DNA of 64,000 nucleotides from a virus: IMG/VR virus record IMGVR_UViG_3300045988_120820, positions 1 to 64,000 of that record; one strand, 5' to 3'. Shown piece by piece: positions 36,654 to 46,743 of this stretch (position 1 is its first letter; each line of letters starts with the position of its first letter). The notes under the pieces were generated by a model. It saw only the letters and a program-made list of their open reading frames with translations, ran no database searches and was not told where the DNA came from. The position numbers and the translations under genes were made by a program.

Positions 36654-37778
36654 ATGGATGAAAAAAATAGAAAGAGATATTTTCTTGCAAACGAGGATTT
36701 ATATCAATTAACAGTAGATTTTGAATGTTTATTATTTGCTTTTGAAAAATTAAACCTTCTAACTTCTACAAAACTTAAACCAGACCTTGAAGAATGTATT
36801 TTAATTAGTGATTTTAGTGCTTATCAATTCATAGATTATGAAGAATTAGAAACCACCAATAAAGATACCTTAACAAGAATAGCAATATTATTATGTAAAC
36901 AAATATTAAAATTTAAATATGGAGAATCAATGAGTATACCTATTATTGAAGATTATGAAAAAGCTTATGATAGATGGAAGTTGAATAACACAAGTAAAAA
37001 AGAAACAAAAGAATGTAAATTAGACGATGTAATACTTGACAAAGAAATAAAAGCAGATGTATTGAGTACAATAAACTTTGTAAAAAATATGGAAAAATAT
37101 AAAGAGATTGGATGTGAATTACCAAGTGGTATATTACTAGAAGGGTCACCAGGTACTGGAAAAACATTACTTGCTAAATCAATAGCTAGCGAATCTAATA
37201 TGAATTTTAAATCAATAGTAGCATCAGATTTTGCCGAAAAATACGTAGGAGAGTCGAGTAAAAAGGTGCAAAAAATATTTGATGACTTAAAAAATAAAGG
37301 TGGAGGAATTCTTTTTATAGATGAAATTGACGCTATAGGTGTAAATCGTGAGGGTGACGATAACAAGGAATATAGAAGTGCAATGAACAAACTATTATCT
37401 TGTATGAATGAAGCAAGTAATAATAAGATTATAGTTATAGGAGCAACAAATTTAGTAGAACAATTAGACCCAGCGTTAATTAGAGAAGGGAGATTTGATA
37501 AGGTTATAACTATTCCTTTACCTTCTTATGAATTAAGAGTTGAACTATTTAAATTATATGTTGGTAAACTTAAACATGAGGACGATATAGATTACGAATT
37601 ATTGGCTAAAATGACAGAAAGACAAACTGGAGCATTTATTCATACGGTTTGTAATCATAGTGGTATATATGCTGTAGATAAAGGTTTACGTAAAGTTAAT
37701 CAAGGTTGTTTATTACATACAATAGAAAGAATGGTTAGAGATAAAAAAGTAAAAAAATCAACTATTGGATTTAAATAA
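36654..37778 (+). CDS. AAA+ ATPase (FtsH/Cdc48-type AAA module, no protease domain)
   Basis: GSPGTGKTLLA Walker A, ILFIDEIDA Walker B, ATN..LDPALIREGRFD second region of homology. Confidence 0.85.
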   Translation: MDEKNRKRYFLANEDLYQLTVDFECLLFAFEKLNLLTSTKLKPDLEECILISDFSAYQFIDYEELETTNKDTLTRIAILLCKQILKFKYGESMSIPIIEDYEKAYDRWKLNNTSKKETKECKLDDVILDKEIKADVLSTINFVKNMEKYKEIGCELPSGILLEGSPGTGKTLLAKSIASESNMNFKSIVASDFAEKYVGESSKKVQKIFDDLKNKGGGILFIDEIDAIGVNREGDDNKEYRSAMNKLLSCMNEASNNKIIVIGATNLVEQLDPALIREGRFDKVITIPLPSYELRVELFKLYVGKLKHEDDIDYELLAKMTERQTGAFIHTVCNHSGIYAVDKGLRKVNQGCLLHTIERMVRDKKVKKSTIGFK

Positions 37779-37798
37779 TAATATAAGAGGTGATTATT

Positions 37799-38851
37799 GT
37801 GCAGAATAAAAAAAGAAGAATAATTTATGAGATATATTTTCCAGCATTTTGTAAAGACCTCCAAGATTTAACTAATAAAATACATTATTTCAAGGAATTA
37901 GGAGTAACAACCTTATGGCTGACTCCTATATTTCCTTCTTGTAACCAACATGGATACGATATAATAGATTACACAGATATTAAAAAAGAATACGGAACAT
38001 TAGAAGATTTTGATAGATTTGTAGAAGTAGCACATGAAAATAACTTAGAAGTGTTGCTAGATTTAGTATTATGTCATACAAGTACACAAAATGAATTATT
38101 TAAAGAAAGTATAAAAGGGAATAATGATTGTTACTTTTGGAGTGATAAACAACAAAATAATCAATGGAGAATATGTCATGACAATCAGAAATATTATTTA
38201 GCAAAATGGAGTTACGACATGCCACAGTTAAACAATCAATCTGAAATAGTAAGAGATATGATAAAGGATATAATAAAGTTTTGGTTAATAGAACATAATG
38301 TAGACGGATTTAGACTGGATGCCATCATCTATGCATCTGGTAATTCAATTGAATTCTGGAAGTGGTTTTGCGATGAAGCTTATAAAATAAAACCAAATTG
38401 TTACATAGTTGGAGAGGCTTGGGATACTTTTGAAGTTTCTAATAAATATGCTATGGAGAGTGGAATGAAAACCTTCAACTTTGAGCAGGCAGGATACATA
38501 AAAGATTCAATAATAAATAACAAGTCATTACAGATAACTAATAATGAAGAAAATGCCGTAATATTCTTAGACAATCACGACCAAACAAGGATAACGGTTA
38601 GTTTTAATCACAATATAGAAAAAGTAAAGAAAGCATTAGATTTAATGTTTAGTTTTAAAAATAATGATATATGTGTATACTATGGGACAGAAATAAATAT
38701 GGGTGTTCTTAATGGTCATGTAGAATGTGGGGGTCATGGAGATTTTCATTCACGTACTAAAATGGATTGGCATGAAGTGGAAAGACAGAGAAGAGACGAA
38801 AATAGTGTATTTAACTATATGAAAAAATTAATAAAAGAATATAAAAAATAA
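37799..38851 (+). CDS. glycoside hydrolase family 13 (alpha-amylase family) enzyme
   Basis: GH13 regions I DLVLCHTS, II GFRLDAI, III GEAWD, IV FLDNHD; no signal peptide. Confidence 0.75.
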   Translation: MQNKKRRIIYEIYFPAFCKDLQDLTNKIHYFKELGVTTLWLTPIFPSCNQHGYDIIDYTDIKKEYGTLEDFDRFVEVAHENNLEVLLDLVLCHTSTQNELFKESIKGNNDCYFWSDKQQNNQWRICHDNQKYYLAKWSYDMPQLNNQSEIVRDMIKDIIKFWLIEHNVDGFRLDAIIYASGNSIEFWKWFCDEAYKIKPNCYIVGEAWDTFEVSNKYAMESGMKTFNFEQAGYIKDSIINNKSLQITNNEENAVIFLDNHDQTRITVSFNHNIEKVKKALDLMFSFKNNDICVYYGTEINMGVLNGHVECGGHGDFHSRTKMDWHEVERQRRDENSVFNYMKKLIKEYKK

Positions 38852-38864
38852 TTAATAAAATCTA

Positions 38865-38892
38865 TTGATAAATAATTTGGTTATGATATAAT
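38865..38892 (+). promoter_or_regulatory. sigma-A-type promoter (repeat family)
   Basis: TTGATAAATAATTTGGTTATGATATAAT. Confidence 0.55.
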
Positions 38893-38919
38893 AATTTATA
38901 TAAAAGGGGATTAATAATC

Positions 38920-39705
38920 ATGGGAAGAAATAAAATTGATAGAACAGGGGAGATAAATTATAACACTTTTGGAAGTAAGATGATTATAACAAGATATAGA
39001 AAAAATAATGATATAGATGTATATTTCACAGAGTATGATTGGACTGCTAAGAATGTAATATATGGAAATTTTAAAAAAGGAAATATTAAATGTCCTTATG
39101 AAAGAAGTGTTTATGGAGTAGGATATATTGGTGAAGAAAAATATAAAATAAGCGAAAATAGTAAACAAAGTAAGTGTTATAAAGTTTGGAGTAAAATGTT
39201 ACAAAGATGTTATGATGAAAAATTTCATAAAAGAAATCCTACATATATCGGGTGTGAAGTAAGTGAGGAATGGTTATGTTTTCAAAATTTTGCTGAATGG
39301 TATTATAATAATTATTATGAAATAGAAAGTGAAAGGATGTGTTTAGACAAGGATATATTGAATAAAGGTAATAAATTATATTCACCTAATAACTGTATAT
39401 TTGTACCAGAGAGAATAAATTTATTATTTGTTAAATGTGATAGGTCAAGAGGTGAATATCCAATAGGTGTATATTATCATAAACAGCGTGAAAAATTTGT
39501 GACAAAATGTAGTATTTATGATTTTAAAGAAAATAAAAGTAAAGAAATACATTTAGGTTATTATAAAACTACAGAACAAGCATTTAAAGTTTATAAAAAA
39601 TTCAAAGAACAAAATATTAAAGAAGTAGCAGATTATTATAAAAAACAAATACCATATAAACTTTATGATGCGATGTATAAATATGAAGTTGAAATAACAG
39701 ATTAA
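38920..39705 (+). CDS. AP2/HNH-like endonuclease family copy 5
   Basis: Family-wide colinearity; closest to copy 1. Confidence 0.7.
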   Translation: MGRNKIDRTGEINYNTFGSKMIITRYRKNNDIDVYFTEYDWTAKNVIYGNFKKGNIKCPYERSVYGVGYIGEEKYKISENSKQSKCYKVWSKMLQRCYDEKFHKRNPTYIGCEVSEEWLCFQNFAEWYYNNYYEIESERMCLDKDILNKGNKLYSPNNCIFVPERINLLFVKCDRSRGEYPIGVYYHKQREKFVTKCSIYDFKENKSKEIHLGYYKTTEQAFKVYKKFKEQNIKEVADYYKKQIPYKLYDAMYKYEVEITD

Positions 39706-39720
39706 AAATAATTAATAAAT

Positions 39721-39752
39721 AGCTCAAGTTAAATCGACTTGAGCTATATTTG
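39721..39752 (+). terminator. intrinsic terminator
   Basis: AGCTCAAGT/ACTTGAGCT 9-bp stem, T-rich tail. Confidence 0.6.
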
Positions 39753-39826
39753 TAAGGTATAAATTATCAATGAAGAAATTTAAAACGCTTAGAATGGCAT
39801 ACAAAAGGTCAAAATTTTTATAAATT

Positions 39827-39889
39827 CATAGGTAATTTTTGGTAAATTAATGTTAATACGGTAATATAAGAGAGGAGTGATAGAAAATG
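39827..39889 (+). promoter_or_regulatory. phage-specific promoter-like element, copy g
   Basis: CATAGGTAATTTT 39827-39839, N11, TGTTAATAC 39851-39859, AATATAAG 39863-39870. Confidence 0.5.
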
Positions 39890-39968
39890 TATTATAATGA
39901 GAAACATAAGAAAAGAGTAGAAGAAAGAGGTGATGGTAATTATTGAATATAGAAAAATTACAGATTAA
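39887..39968 (+). pseudogene. chimeric homing-endonuclease remnant
   Basis: MYYNEKHKKRVEERGDGNY matches the N-terminus of 25696 (MYQNEEHRKIVNERGDNY); then GTAATTATTGAATATAGAAAA and ATTACAGATTAA match the start (VIVEYR) and end (ITD stop) of the AP2/HNH family. Confidence 0.6.
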
Positions 39969-39994
39969 AAATAATTAATAAAGGGGTGATAAAT

Positions 39995-41554
39995 ATGAAA
40001 ATATTATATGAAGAATTGCCAGACTATCTACAAAAAAATAGAAAGAGTATTGAAGGAACTGTACTAGGTGTTTTATTCCAAGACATAATGAGTGTTAAAG
40101 AATATAACTTAGACGATATATTTATAACACATGAAGGAATGGTATTATATAGAATCGTTAAAACGCTTTCAGATAATAATGTATTAAAGGCGACAGATTT
40201 AGATATTAAACTTCAATGTGAACCTTCTCTAGTTAAAGAGTATACTGACTTAGGTGGTTTTAAAATGGTAGAAATATTAATGAGAACAACAGAATTAGAA
40301 AATGCCAATTCATACATTGATTCGTTGCTTAAACATAATATGTTAATATCATTTTGGGAAGATGGGTTGGATTTAACAAAAGAGATAACTATAACAACTA
40401 AAAAAGGTGAAACTCAAATTAGTTGGTTAAATTTGGCTGATAAAATGACTACGGATGAATTATTAAATTTTAAAGAAAGTAGAGACACTTCTTATCTGCC
40501 AATTAGTATTAACTCTGACGTAAAGGAACATGTTGGTGAAATAAGCATGGACTTCATTGAAAACTTAGAAAATGGTGCTGAAGTGGGTTTTCTTTTTGAA
40601 AATGTCTTATCTTCCAAGTTTTTACCAACTATAAGTAAAGAAATACTAGGGTTAAGAAAGAGAACATTGAATTTTATCGCCAGTTCTATAAATATCGGGA
40701 AAAGTACATTATTATCTAATCTAGCCTTATCTTTAGCGTCTAATGGGTATAGAACATTGTTAATGACAAACGAAGAGGACATAAGTGCTTTCAAGATTAA
40801 ATTCCTAACTTATTTGGTAAATAATGAGGTAGGATATAAAAAAATAAATCAAAAGAAAATTAAATCTGGTGGATTAACTGACGAAGATAAACTAGCACTT
40901 AGGGAGGCAAGAAATATATATAATGAAAAAATAGCAGACAATTTAATAATTGTAAGTACTAATACAATGAACATGGGTAGCATGAAAAAAGTAATTAGGA
41001 AACATTCATTAAGTAGTAAAGGTTTAGATGTGTTTCTATTTGATACATTTAAGATGAGTAACGGTACAGATGATGACTGGAAAGCCTTAGTAAAACAATC
41101 TCGTGAAATCCATGAATTAACAAAGATTTATGATATATGTGCTGTAATGACTTATCAATTAGCAATGTCTAATAATGGGTCATTATTCTTAGACATTGGT
41201 ATGATGGCGAACTCGAAACAAATTGGGGAAGTGGCAAGTGAAATGTTTTTAATGAGAACTTTATATAAGGAAGAGTTAGATAAGGATTCTAAAGCATATT
41301 GTAAACCTTTTAAAAGAGTAAAGAAAGGCGATAGATGGGTCGAAGAAGAGGTTGAGTTGAGTCCAGATTCTAATTATCGTGTACTCTTCCTCGGAAAATC
41401 AAGAAGTGCAACTGTGTCAAGTGATAGTAATACAGCTTTCATATTACATATGAATACATATAGCACAAAGATTAGTGAAGTATGTTTTTGCCATCCAGTT
41501 AGAATGAATATAAACAATATTAATCAACAAAATAATAAATTTGGTAAAAAGTAG
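39995..41554 (+). CDS. dnaB: replicative DNA helicase (DnaB family)
   Basis: Start moved to ATG 39995; Walker A SSINIGKST, Walker B VFLFDTF, DnaB-like N-domain. Confidence 0.8.
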   Translation: MKILYEELPDYLQKNRKSIEGTVLGVLFQDIMSVKEYNLDDIFITHEGMVLYRIVKTLSDNNVLKATDLDIKLQCEPSLVKEYTDLGGFKMVEILMRTTELENANSYIDSLLKHNMLISFWEDGLDLTKEITITTKKGETQISWLNLADKMTTDELLNFKESRDTSYLPISINSDVKEHVGEISMDFIENLENGAEVGFLFENVLSSKFLPTISKEILGLRKRTLNFIASSINIGKSTLLSNLALSLASNGYRTLLMTNEEDISAFKIKFLTYLVNNEVGYKKINQKKIKSGGLTDEDKLALREARNIYNEKIADNLIIVSTNTMNMGSMKKVIRKHSLSSKGLDVFLFDTFKMSNGTDDDWKALVKQSREIHELTKIYDICAVMTYQLAMSNNGSLFLDIGMMANSKQIGEVASEMFLMRTLYKEELDKDSKAYCKPFKRVKKGDRWVEEEVELSPDSNYRVLFLGKSRSATVSSDSNTAFILHMNTYSTKISEVCFCHPVRMNINNINQQNNKFGKK

Positions 41555-41567
41555 GTGACAAACCTAT

Positions 41568-42569
41568 ATGAAAGAGTATTTAAAAAATAATCCAGAACAA
41601 ATTGAAAAAATATTAAGTTATTATAATTATCATAGTATTAATATAACAGATAAAGAAATTAGATGTGCAAAAATAGGAGGAGATAACCCTAGTGGCTGTA
41701 GAATCAAATTAAATGATAATTTATCAGCTACAGACTTTACAACGTCTCATAATGGGGATTTATTCTCTTTGATAGCCACTCATACAGGTTTAACCTATAG
41801 AGAAGTATTAAAGACAACACAAACTATGATTGGTAAAAAAATAGAAGGGAATTATCAAGCAGAGGAAGAGGTATTATTCGATGGATTTTTCGATACCTTA
41901 TATATACCTTATGAATCAGAAGAAGAGGTGACTTATGATGAAAGTGTTTTAGATAAATATAATAATGGATATAAATGGTTTAAACGTTTTGCAGATGACG
42001 GAATTTTACCATCTTCACAAGTTAAGTTTAATATAGGATTCTCCGAAGAGAGTAATAGAGTTACAATACCTTGGTTTAACGAACGTGGAGAGTTAATAGG
42101 AATAATGGGTAGACTAGATTCAGACGAACCTACAAATTATAAATATTTACCTTTAATAGCTTTTCCAAAACATAAAAATTTATATGGACTATATCAAAAT
42201 AAAGAGCATATAAAGAATAATAAAGTATATGTATTTGAATCCGAAAAATCCGTCCTTCAGTGTGATAGTTTTGGAGTACATAATACGACGGCGTTAGGAG
42301 GTAATCAGATTAGTACAACTCAAGTAGAACAGTTATTAAAATTAAATGTTTCAGAAATAGTCCTGTGTATGGACGAGGGTTTAATGAAAGACGCAATTAA
42401 AAGAGACGTAGATACTATAAAAAGCATGTTATTTATGAGGGATGTAAAAATAAAAATAATGTTAGATAAAGAAAATAAGTATTTACCCAAAGAATCAAAA
42501 TGTAGTCCATCTGATAAAGGTAAAGAAACATTTTTTAAATTATGTAATGAATGTATTATAGGAGGATAA
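41568..42569 (+). CDS. dnaG: DNA primase (DnaG-type TOPRIM)
   Basis: TOPRIM VYVFESEKSV and LCMDEG; immediately downstream of the helicase. Confidence 0.7.
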   Translation: MKEYLKNNPEQIEKILSYYNYHSINITDKEIRCAKIGGDNPSGCRIKLNDNLSATDFTTSHNGDLFSLIATHTGLTYREVLKTTQTMIGKKIEGNYQAEEEVLFDGFFDTLYIPYESEEEVTYDESVLDKYNNGYKWFKRFADDGILPSSQVKFNIGFSEESNRVTIPWFNERGELIGIMGRLDSDEPTNYKYLPLIAFPKHKNLYGLYQNKEHIKNNKVYVFESEKSVLQCDSFGVHNTTALGGNQISTTQVEQLLKLNVSEIVLCMDEGLMKDAIKRDVDTIKSMLFMRDVKIKIMLDKENKYLPKESKCSPSDKGKETFFKLCNECIIGG

Positions 42570-42751
42570 AAATAATTAATAAACGGGAGGATGATTAATA
42601 TGGTAGCAAAATGATTATATAAAAAGTCCATTAAATTATCAGATGGAGAAAAATAGTGTTAAATGTTTATGAAGAATATTTAAATAATTATGATATGTTT
42701 AAAACATTAGAAACTATAGAAGATTAATTAACTTATTTCAAGGAGGAAAAT

Positions 42752-43021
42752 ATGAATATAATATATGTTAGTGGACAAAATGATTATTCAGCATTAGATA
42801 TGGAAGAAAGTGAAGAACTAAAAGAAATAACCGAAATATTAATATCAGATAATAATTTAAACGAAGTAACTTCTAGCGATGGAAGTATTGTTAGATTATT
42901 AAAATTTAATGATATTGATGAAAGATTTATTTCATTTATAAGAAATAATATAATGGATTATGATTATTCTAAATGTTCTAGTTTTTATACTGTGGATGAA
43001 ATTATGAGAGGATACAACTAA
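42752..43021 (+). CDS. hypothetical acidic protein
   Basis: Track ORF; SD AAGGAGGA. Confidence 0.6.
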   Translation: MNIIYVSGQNDYSALDMEESEELKEITEILISDNNLNEVTSSDGSIVRLLKFNDIDERFISFIRNNIMDYDYSKCSSFYTVDEIMRGYN

Positions 43022-43104
43022 TGATTAAAGTAAATATAGCTTCTAAGGATTTAGATAAATATGTATTTGAAAAATTAAAAAATGAATGTTTAATTATTAA
43101 TTAA
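43021..43104 (+). CDS. very small ORF (27 aa), doubtful
   Basis: TAATG overlap with previous stop; ends in a junction-motif variant. Confidence 0.25.
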   Translation: MIKVNIASKDLDKYVFEKLKNECLIIN

Positions 43105-43120
43105 TAAAGGGTGATTATTA

Positions 43121-43900
43121 ATGAGAAGCAAGATAAATAGAAATGGTGAGAAAGGAATTAATACTTTTGGTAGTGAAATGGTAATTGTAGAATATAGGAA
43201 TGTAAGAGATATAGATGTTTATTTTCCAGAGTATGATTGGATTGCTAAAAATAAACGATATGAACATTTTAAGAATGGTAATATAAAATGTCCTTATGAA
43301 AGAAGATATTATGGAGTTGGTTATTTGGGCGAAGGTGAGTATAAAGCATGGGAAAATGGTAAAGATACTAGAGTTTATAAAACATGGAACCATATGTTAG
43401 AAAGATGCTATTCTGAAAAATGCCACGAAAAATATTCTACTTATTATATTTGTGAAGCAAGTAATGATTTTCATAATTTTCAAAATTTTGGAGAATGGTA
43501 TGAAGAGAATTACTATGAAATTGAAGGAGAAAGAATGTGTTTGGACAAGGATATTTTAGTTAAACATAATAAAATTTATAGTCCAGATACTTGTATATTT
43601 GTGCCACAAACAATTAATATGTTGTTTGTTAAATGTGATAAATCAAGAGGTGAATCAGTTATAGGTACGAATCCACGCAAAAATGGCAAATATCAAGTAC
43701 ATTGTCATATAATTAATCCAGAAACTGGAAAGTCGAAACAAGGATATTTAGGCACTTACGAGACACAGGAAGAAGCATTTGAGGTATATAAATACTATAA
43801 AGAGAAAAATATAAAAGAAGTAGCAGATTATTACTTTGGTAGAATACCTACTGAATTATACGATGCACTATATAGATATGAAGTTGAAATAACAGATTAA
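43121..43900 (+). CDS. AP2/HNH-like endonuclease family copy 6
   Basis: Family-wide colinearity. Confidence 0.7.
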   Translation: MRSKINRNGEKGINTFGSEMVIVEYRNVRDIDVYFPEYDWIAKNKRYEHFKNGNIKCPYERRYYGVGYLGEGEYKAWENGKDTRVYKTWNHMLERCYSEKCHEKYSTYYICEASNDFHNFQNFGEWYEENYYEIEGERMCLDKDILVKHNKIYSPDTCIFVPQTINMLFVKCDKSRGESVIGTNPRKNGKYQVHCHIINPETGKSKQGYLGTYETQEEAFEVYKYYKEKNIKEVADYYFGRIPTELYDALYRYEVEITD

Positions 43901-43926
43901 AAATAATTAATAAGGAGGAATAATTT

Positions 43927-44784
43927 ATGAGTGAAAAAGAAAAATTTAGTTTTAGTAAACTTAGTTGTTATGGCAACTGTCCTAAGAACTATTATCTAAC
44001 TTATATAGAACACGTTGAAAGAAGTCAAAATATTTATGGAAGTGCAGGTGGTGATGCTCACGAACTGGTACAAGCCTTAGAAATAGGGGAAATGACAAAT
44101 GAACAAGCCGTTGAAGAATGGGGACTTAAGATGGATATGTATGAGTTTTGTGGGGAGGATAATTTTCCAACAATTAATGCTAAGAAAAATTATATAACAG
44201 ACGTAACGGCTTACTTTAGAAATTTTAAACCAATACCTATAAATGGTAGGGAAGTATTAATAGAGAAGGAGTTTGAAGTTGAGATTGAAGGAATTATTAT
44301 TCGTGGATTCGTCGATTTAACATTGATTGACCATAACAAAAAAGAGATTGAAGTGATTGATTATAAAACATCAAGCAAGAGTGGATTTACAAATAAAAAT
44401 CTAATTAAAAAATGTTATCAATTGATTTTATATTCATTAGCATTACAAAAGTTATATCCAGATTATAAAATAGTTAGAAATGCCTTTGATATGTTGAAGT
44501 ATGGAAAACATAAAGATACAGGTAAAGTAAAGGAAAGAAAAGATATAAAATTTGAAAAAGAAAGTGAATACGAAAGATATTTTATTGAAATACCTTTTAA
44601 TCAAGAGAATGTAGACTTATTTAAAGAGTTTGTAAATAAATCTATGGAAGACATCAATAAGGCTAAAGAAGAAGATTTATGGGAGGTTAATAAAACTAAT
44701 TTCAGTTTCTTCTGTAAATTCTTATGTTCTACAGCAGAATATTGTCAAGAATATCAAAAATATAATAAAACCAAAAGGAAATAA
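43927..44784 (+). CDS. PD-(D/E)xK exonuclease, Cas4/RecB-like with four-Cys cluster
   Basis: CPKNYY N-terminal Cys, GFVDL, IDYK, QLILY, C-terminal CKFLCSTAEYC. Confidence 0.75.
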   Translation: MSEKEKFSFSKLSCYGNCPKNYYLTYIEHVERSQNIYGSAGGDAHELVQALEIGEMTNEQAVEEWGLKMDMYEFCGEDNFPTINAKKNYITDVTAYFRNFKPIPINGREVLIEKEFEVEIEGIIIRGFVDLTLIDHNKKEIEVIDYKTSSKSGFTNKNLIKKCYQLILYSLALQKLYPDYKIVRNAFDMLKYGKHKDTGKVKERKDIKFEKESEYERYFIEIPFNQENVDLFKEFVNKSMEDINKAKEEDLWEVNKTNFSFFCKFLCSTAEYCQEYQKYNKTKRK

Positions 44785-44847
44785 AAACCTTTGTAAAAGA
44801 AATTGTGATTTTATTTTAAAAGAAGATAAATGATTGGAGGAATAATT

Positions 44848-45183
44848 ATGGCAAATTTAAATTGGGAATATAAAAATAAATTTAAAGCAAGAGCAAGAAA
44901 TGATATTAAAACAAGAGATGAAAGTAAAGTTTTATATAAAGCAGGAGAAACATTTGAATTTATAGTGACTGGTTATGGTTGTGACCATTTTGGAATTGAT
45001 GAATGTGAAGGCGAAAAAGTTTATTGTAACATTTATTTTAAAGATATAGAATTTGCTTTAAATATGGATAAAGGTACTTATAGAACATATGATGATAATG
45101 GTAAAGTCATTGAAAATACTGTACCTAAAACATATGACTACATTTATTCATCAATATATGACGAAGAATATTCAGCTCATTAA
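44848..45183 (+). CDS. hypothetical protein
   Basis: Track ORF 44830; ATG 44848 after GGAGGA. Confidence 0.6.
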   Translation: MANLNWEYKNKFKARARNDIKTRDESKVLYKAGETFEFIVTGYGCDHFGIDECEGEKVYCNIYFKDIEFALNMDKGTYRTYDDNGKVIENTVPKTYDYIYSSIYDEEYSAH

Positions 45184-45263
45184 AGGGCTAATTGTTAAGT
45201 AATTATATGCGTGGAAATATGTATTCAAACATATTTAAACATTAAAAGATTAGGAGTGATTAC

Positions 45264-45821
45264 ATGAATAAAACAATAGAAATAAATAAAGTAAAAATAA
45301 GCTTTAAGACTGTTATGAATACTAGGGAGATAGAATTAATAAGTGGAGACGTAGTATTAGAAAAATATACAATTAAAAATGCTAAATTAAAATATGAATC
45401 GGATTATCTAAATTGGTATAATGTAGTGGGAGATGAAAACTACTTAAAACGAGCGGTACAGAATCATAATAAGCTTTATAGTGAAATAACATTTCAGACA
45501 GCCCAAGAGCTTAGAAACCTAATTAGATTGACGGACAACGTGAATGTTAGAGTCAAAAAAGGTAATATTGCAAGAATATCCGAAAAAGGTCATCTGTGTG
45601 ATTACATTAATATTAACGAATTATTAAAAGACTATAAAAGATTAGGGTTAAAACTAACAAAAGAAGAAACTAAATTATTAAAAGAATATAGCAAATATAA
45701 AATTGAAGATTTGATAGGAAGAAAAACTGAAATACAAGTTGTAACTGATATTATAGAGTTTATACTGCTTGGATTTCCATTAGAATATAGCATTAAATTT
45801 TTATTGGAAGAAAATAATTAA
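45264..45821 (+). CDS. hypothetical protein
   Basis: Track ORF; ends ..EENN in junction motif. Confidence 0.6.
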   Translation: MNKTIEINKVKISFKTVMNTREIELISGDVVLEKYTIKNAKLKYESDYLNWYNVVGDENYLKRAVQNHNKLYSEITFQTAQELRNLIRLTDNVNVRVKKGNIARISEKGHLCDYININELLKDYKRLGLKLTKEETKLLKEYSKYKIEDLIGRKTEIQVVTDIIEFILLGFPLEYSIKFLLEENN

Positions 45822-45826
45822 TAAAC

Positions 45827-45873
45827 TATAGGTAATTTTTAGTGTATTGATGTTAATACACAAATATAGGAGG
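45827..45873 (+). promoter_or_regulatory. phage-specific promoter-like element, copy h (drives polB)
   Basis: TATAGGTAATTTT 45827-45839, N11, TGTTAATAC 45851-45859, AAATATAGGAGGTG. Confidence 0.5.
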
Positions 45874-45881
45874 TGAGATGG

Positions 45882-46743
45882 ATGTCAAAAAAAATCAGAT
45901 TAATGTTTTATGACTTCGAGGTATTTAAAGAAGATTGGTTAGTTTGTTTAACCGATTATTCTACAAAACAAGAATGTGTTATTGTAAATGACAGAAATAA
46001 ATTAATAAGGCTTTATAATAAATTCAAAGACAATACTATATTTATTGGATTTAACAATAGGCATTATGACGACGTGATATTTAAAGGTATATTAATGAAT
46101 ATGAATCCAAAAGAAATCAATGATAAATTAATAGAAGGGAAAAAACCTCACGAAATATGTAGAACATTTAATAAAATTAAACTATATAGTTATGACACTT
46201 TAATTTTAAATAAAAGTTTAAAACAACTTGAATTATTTATGGGTAGTAATATAAAAGAAACAGATGTGCCATTTGATATAGATAGAAAACTAACAATGAA
46301 AGAAATAGAAGAAACAATTAAATATTGTAAACATGACGTTAGTGAGACAATAAAAGTATTTGAAGCTACAATAAATGATTTTAAAGCACATAAATCTTTA
46401 ATTGAAAAATTTAATTTACCTATCAATTCATTTTCCAAAACTAAAGCTAAACTTAGTGCTGAAATATTAGAAGCTGAAAGACAACATGGAGTTACTGATG
46501 GGTTAGAATATGAATTTTTACCAACTATAAAATTGAATAAATATAAATATATTCAAGATTGGTTTGATACTCATAGAGAATATATTTATGTAAATGAAAA
46601 AGGAACTAATAAAAAAATGCAATTAGAAACTGAAGTATTTGGTATAAATACGATATATGGGTTTGGAGGATTACATTCAGCTAGAAAAAAATATTTCCAT
46701 AAAGTAGAAGAAAATGAATTAATTGTCCATTCAGACGTTGCCT
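45882..46743 (+). CDS. family B DNA polymerase, exon 1 (3'-5' exonuclease domain and start of motif A)
   Basis: Exo I FYDFEV, Exo II FNNRHYD, Exo III YCKHDV; ends ..HSDVA plus first base of the Ser codon. Confidence 0.8.

Noticed and set aside
472-39994. Longest-ORF starts giving MINM-type N-termini (472, 2404, 10546, 11559, 11940, 19027, 39986 and similar)
   Set aside because: The upstream ATG/GTG/TTG lies inside the conserved leader AGGAG(A/T)TGATAAAT-ATG, only 0-3 nt from the SD. The second ATG, 9 nt later, has canonical spacing, so I moved the starts. The conserved leader itself may deserve attention, but I have no evidence for dual initiation.
42600-42730. Small ORFs between the primase gene and 42752 (ATG 42600, 4 codons; GTG 42655, 23 codons)
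   Set aside because: They are too short and have weak or ambiguous starts, so I did not call them. The region may simply be a leader.
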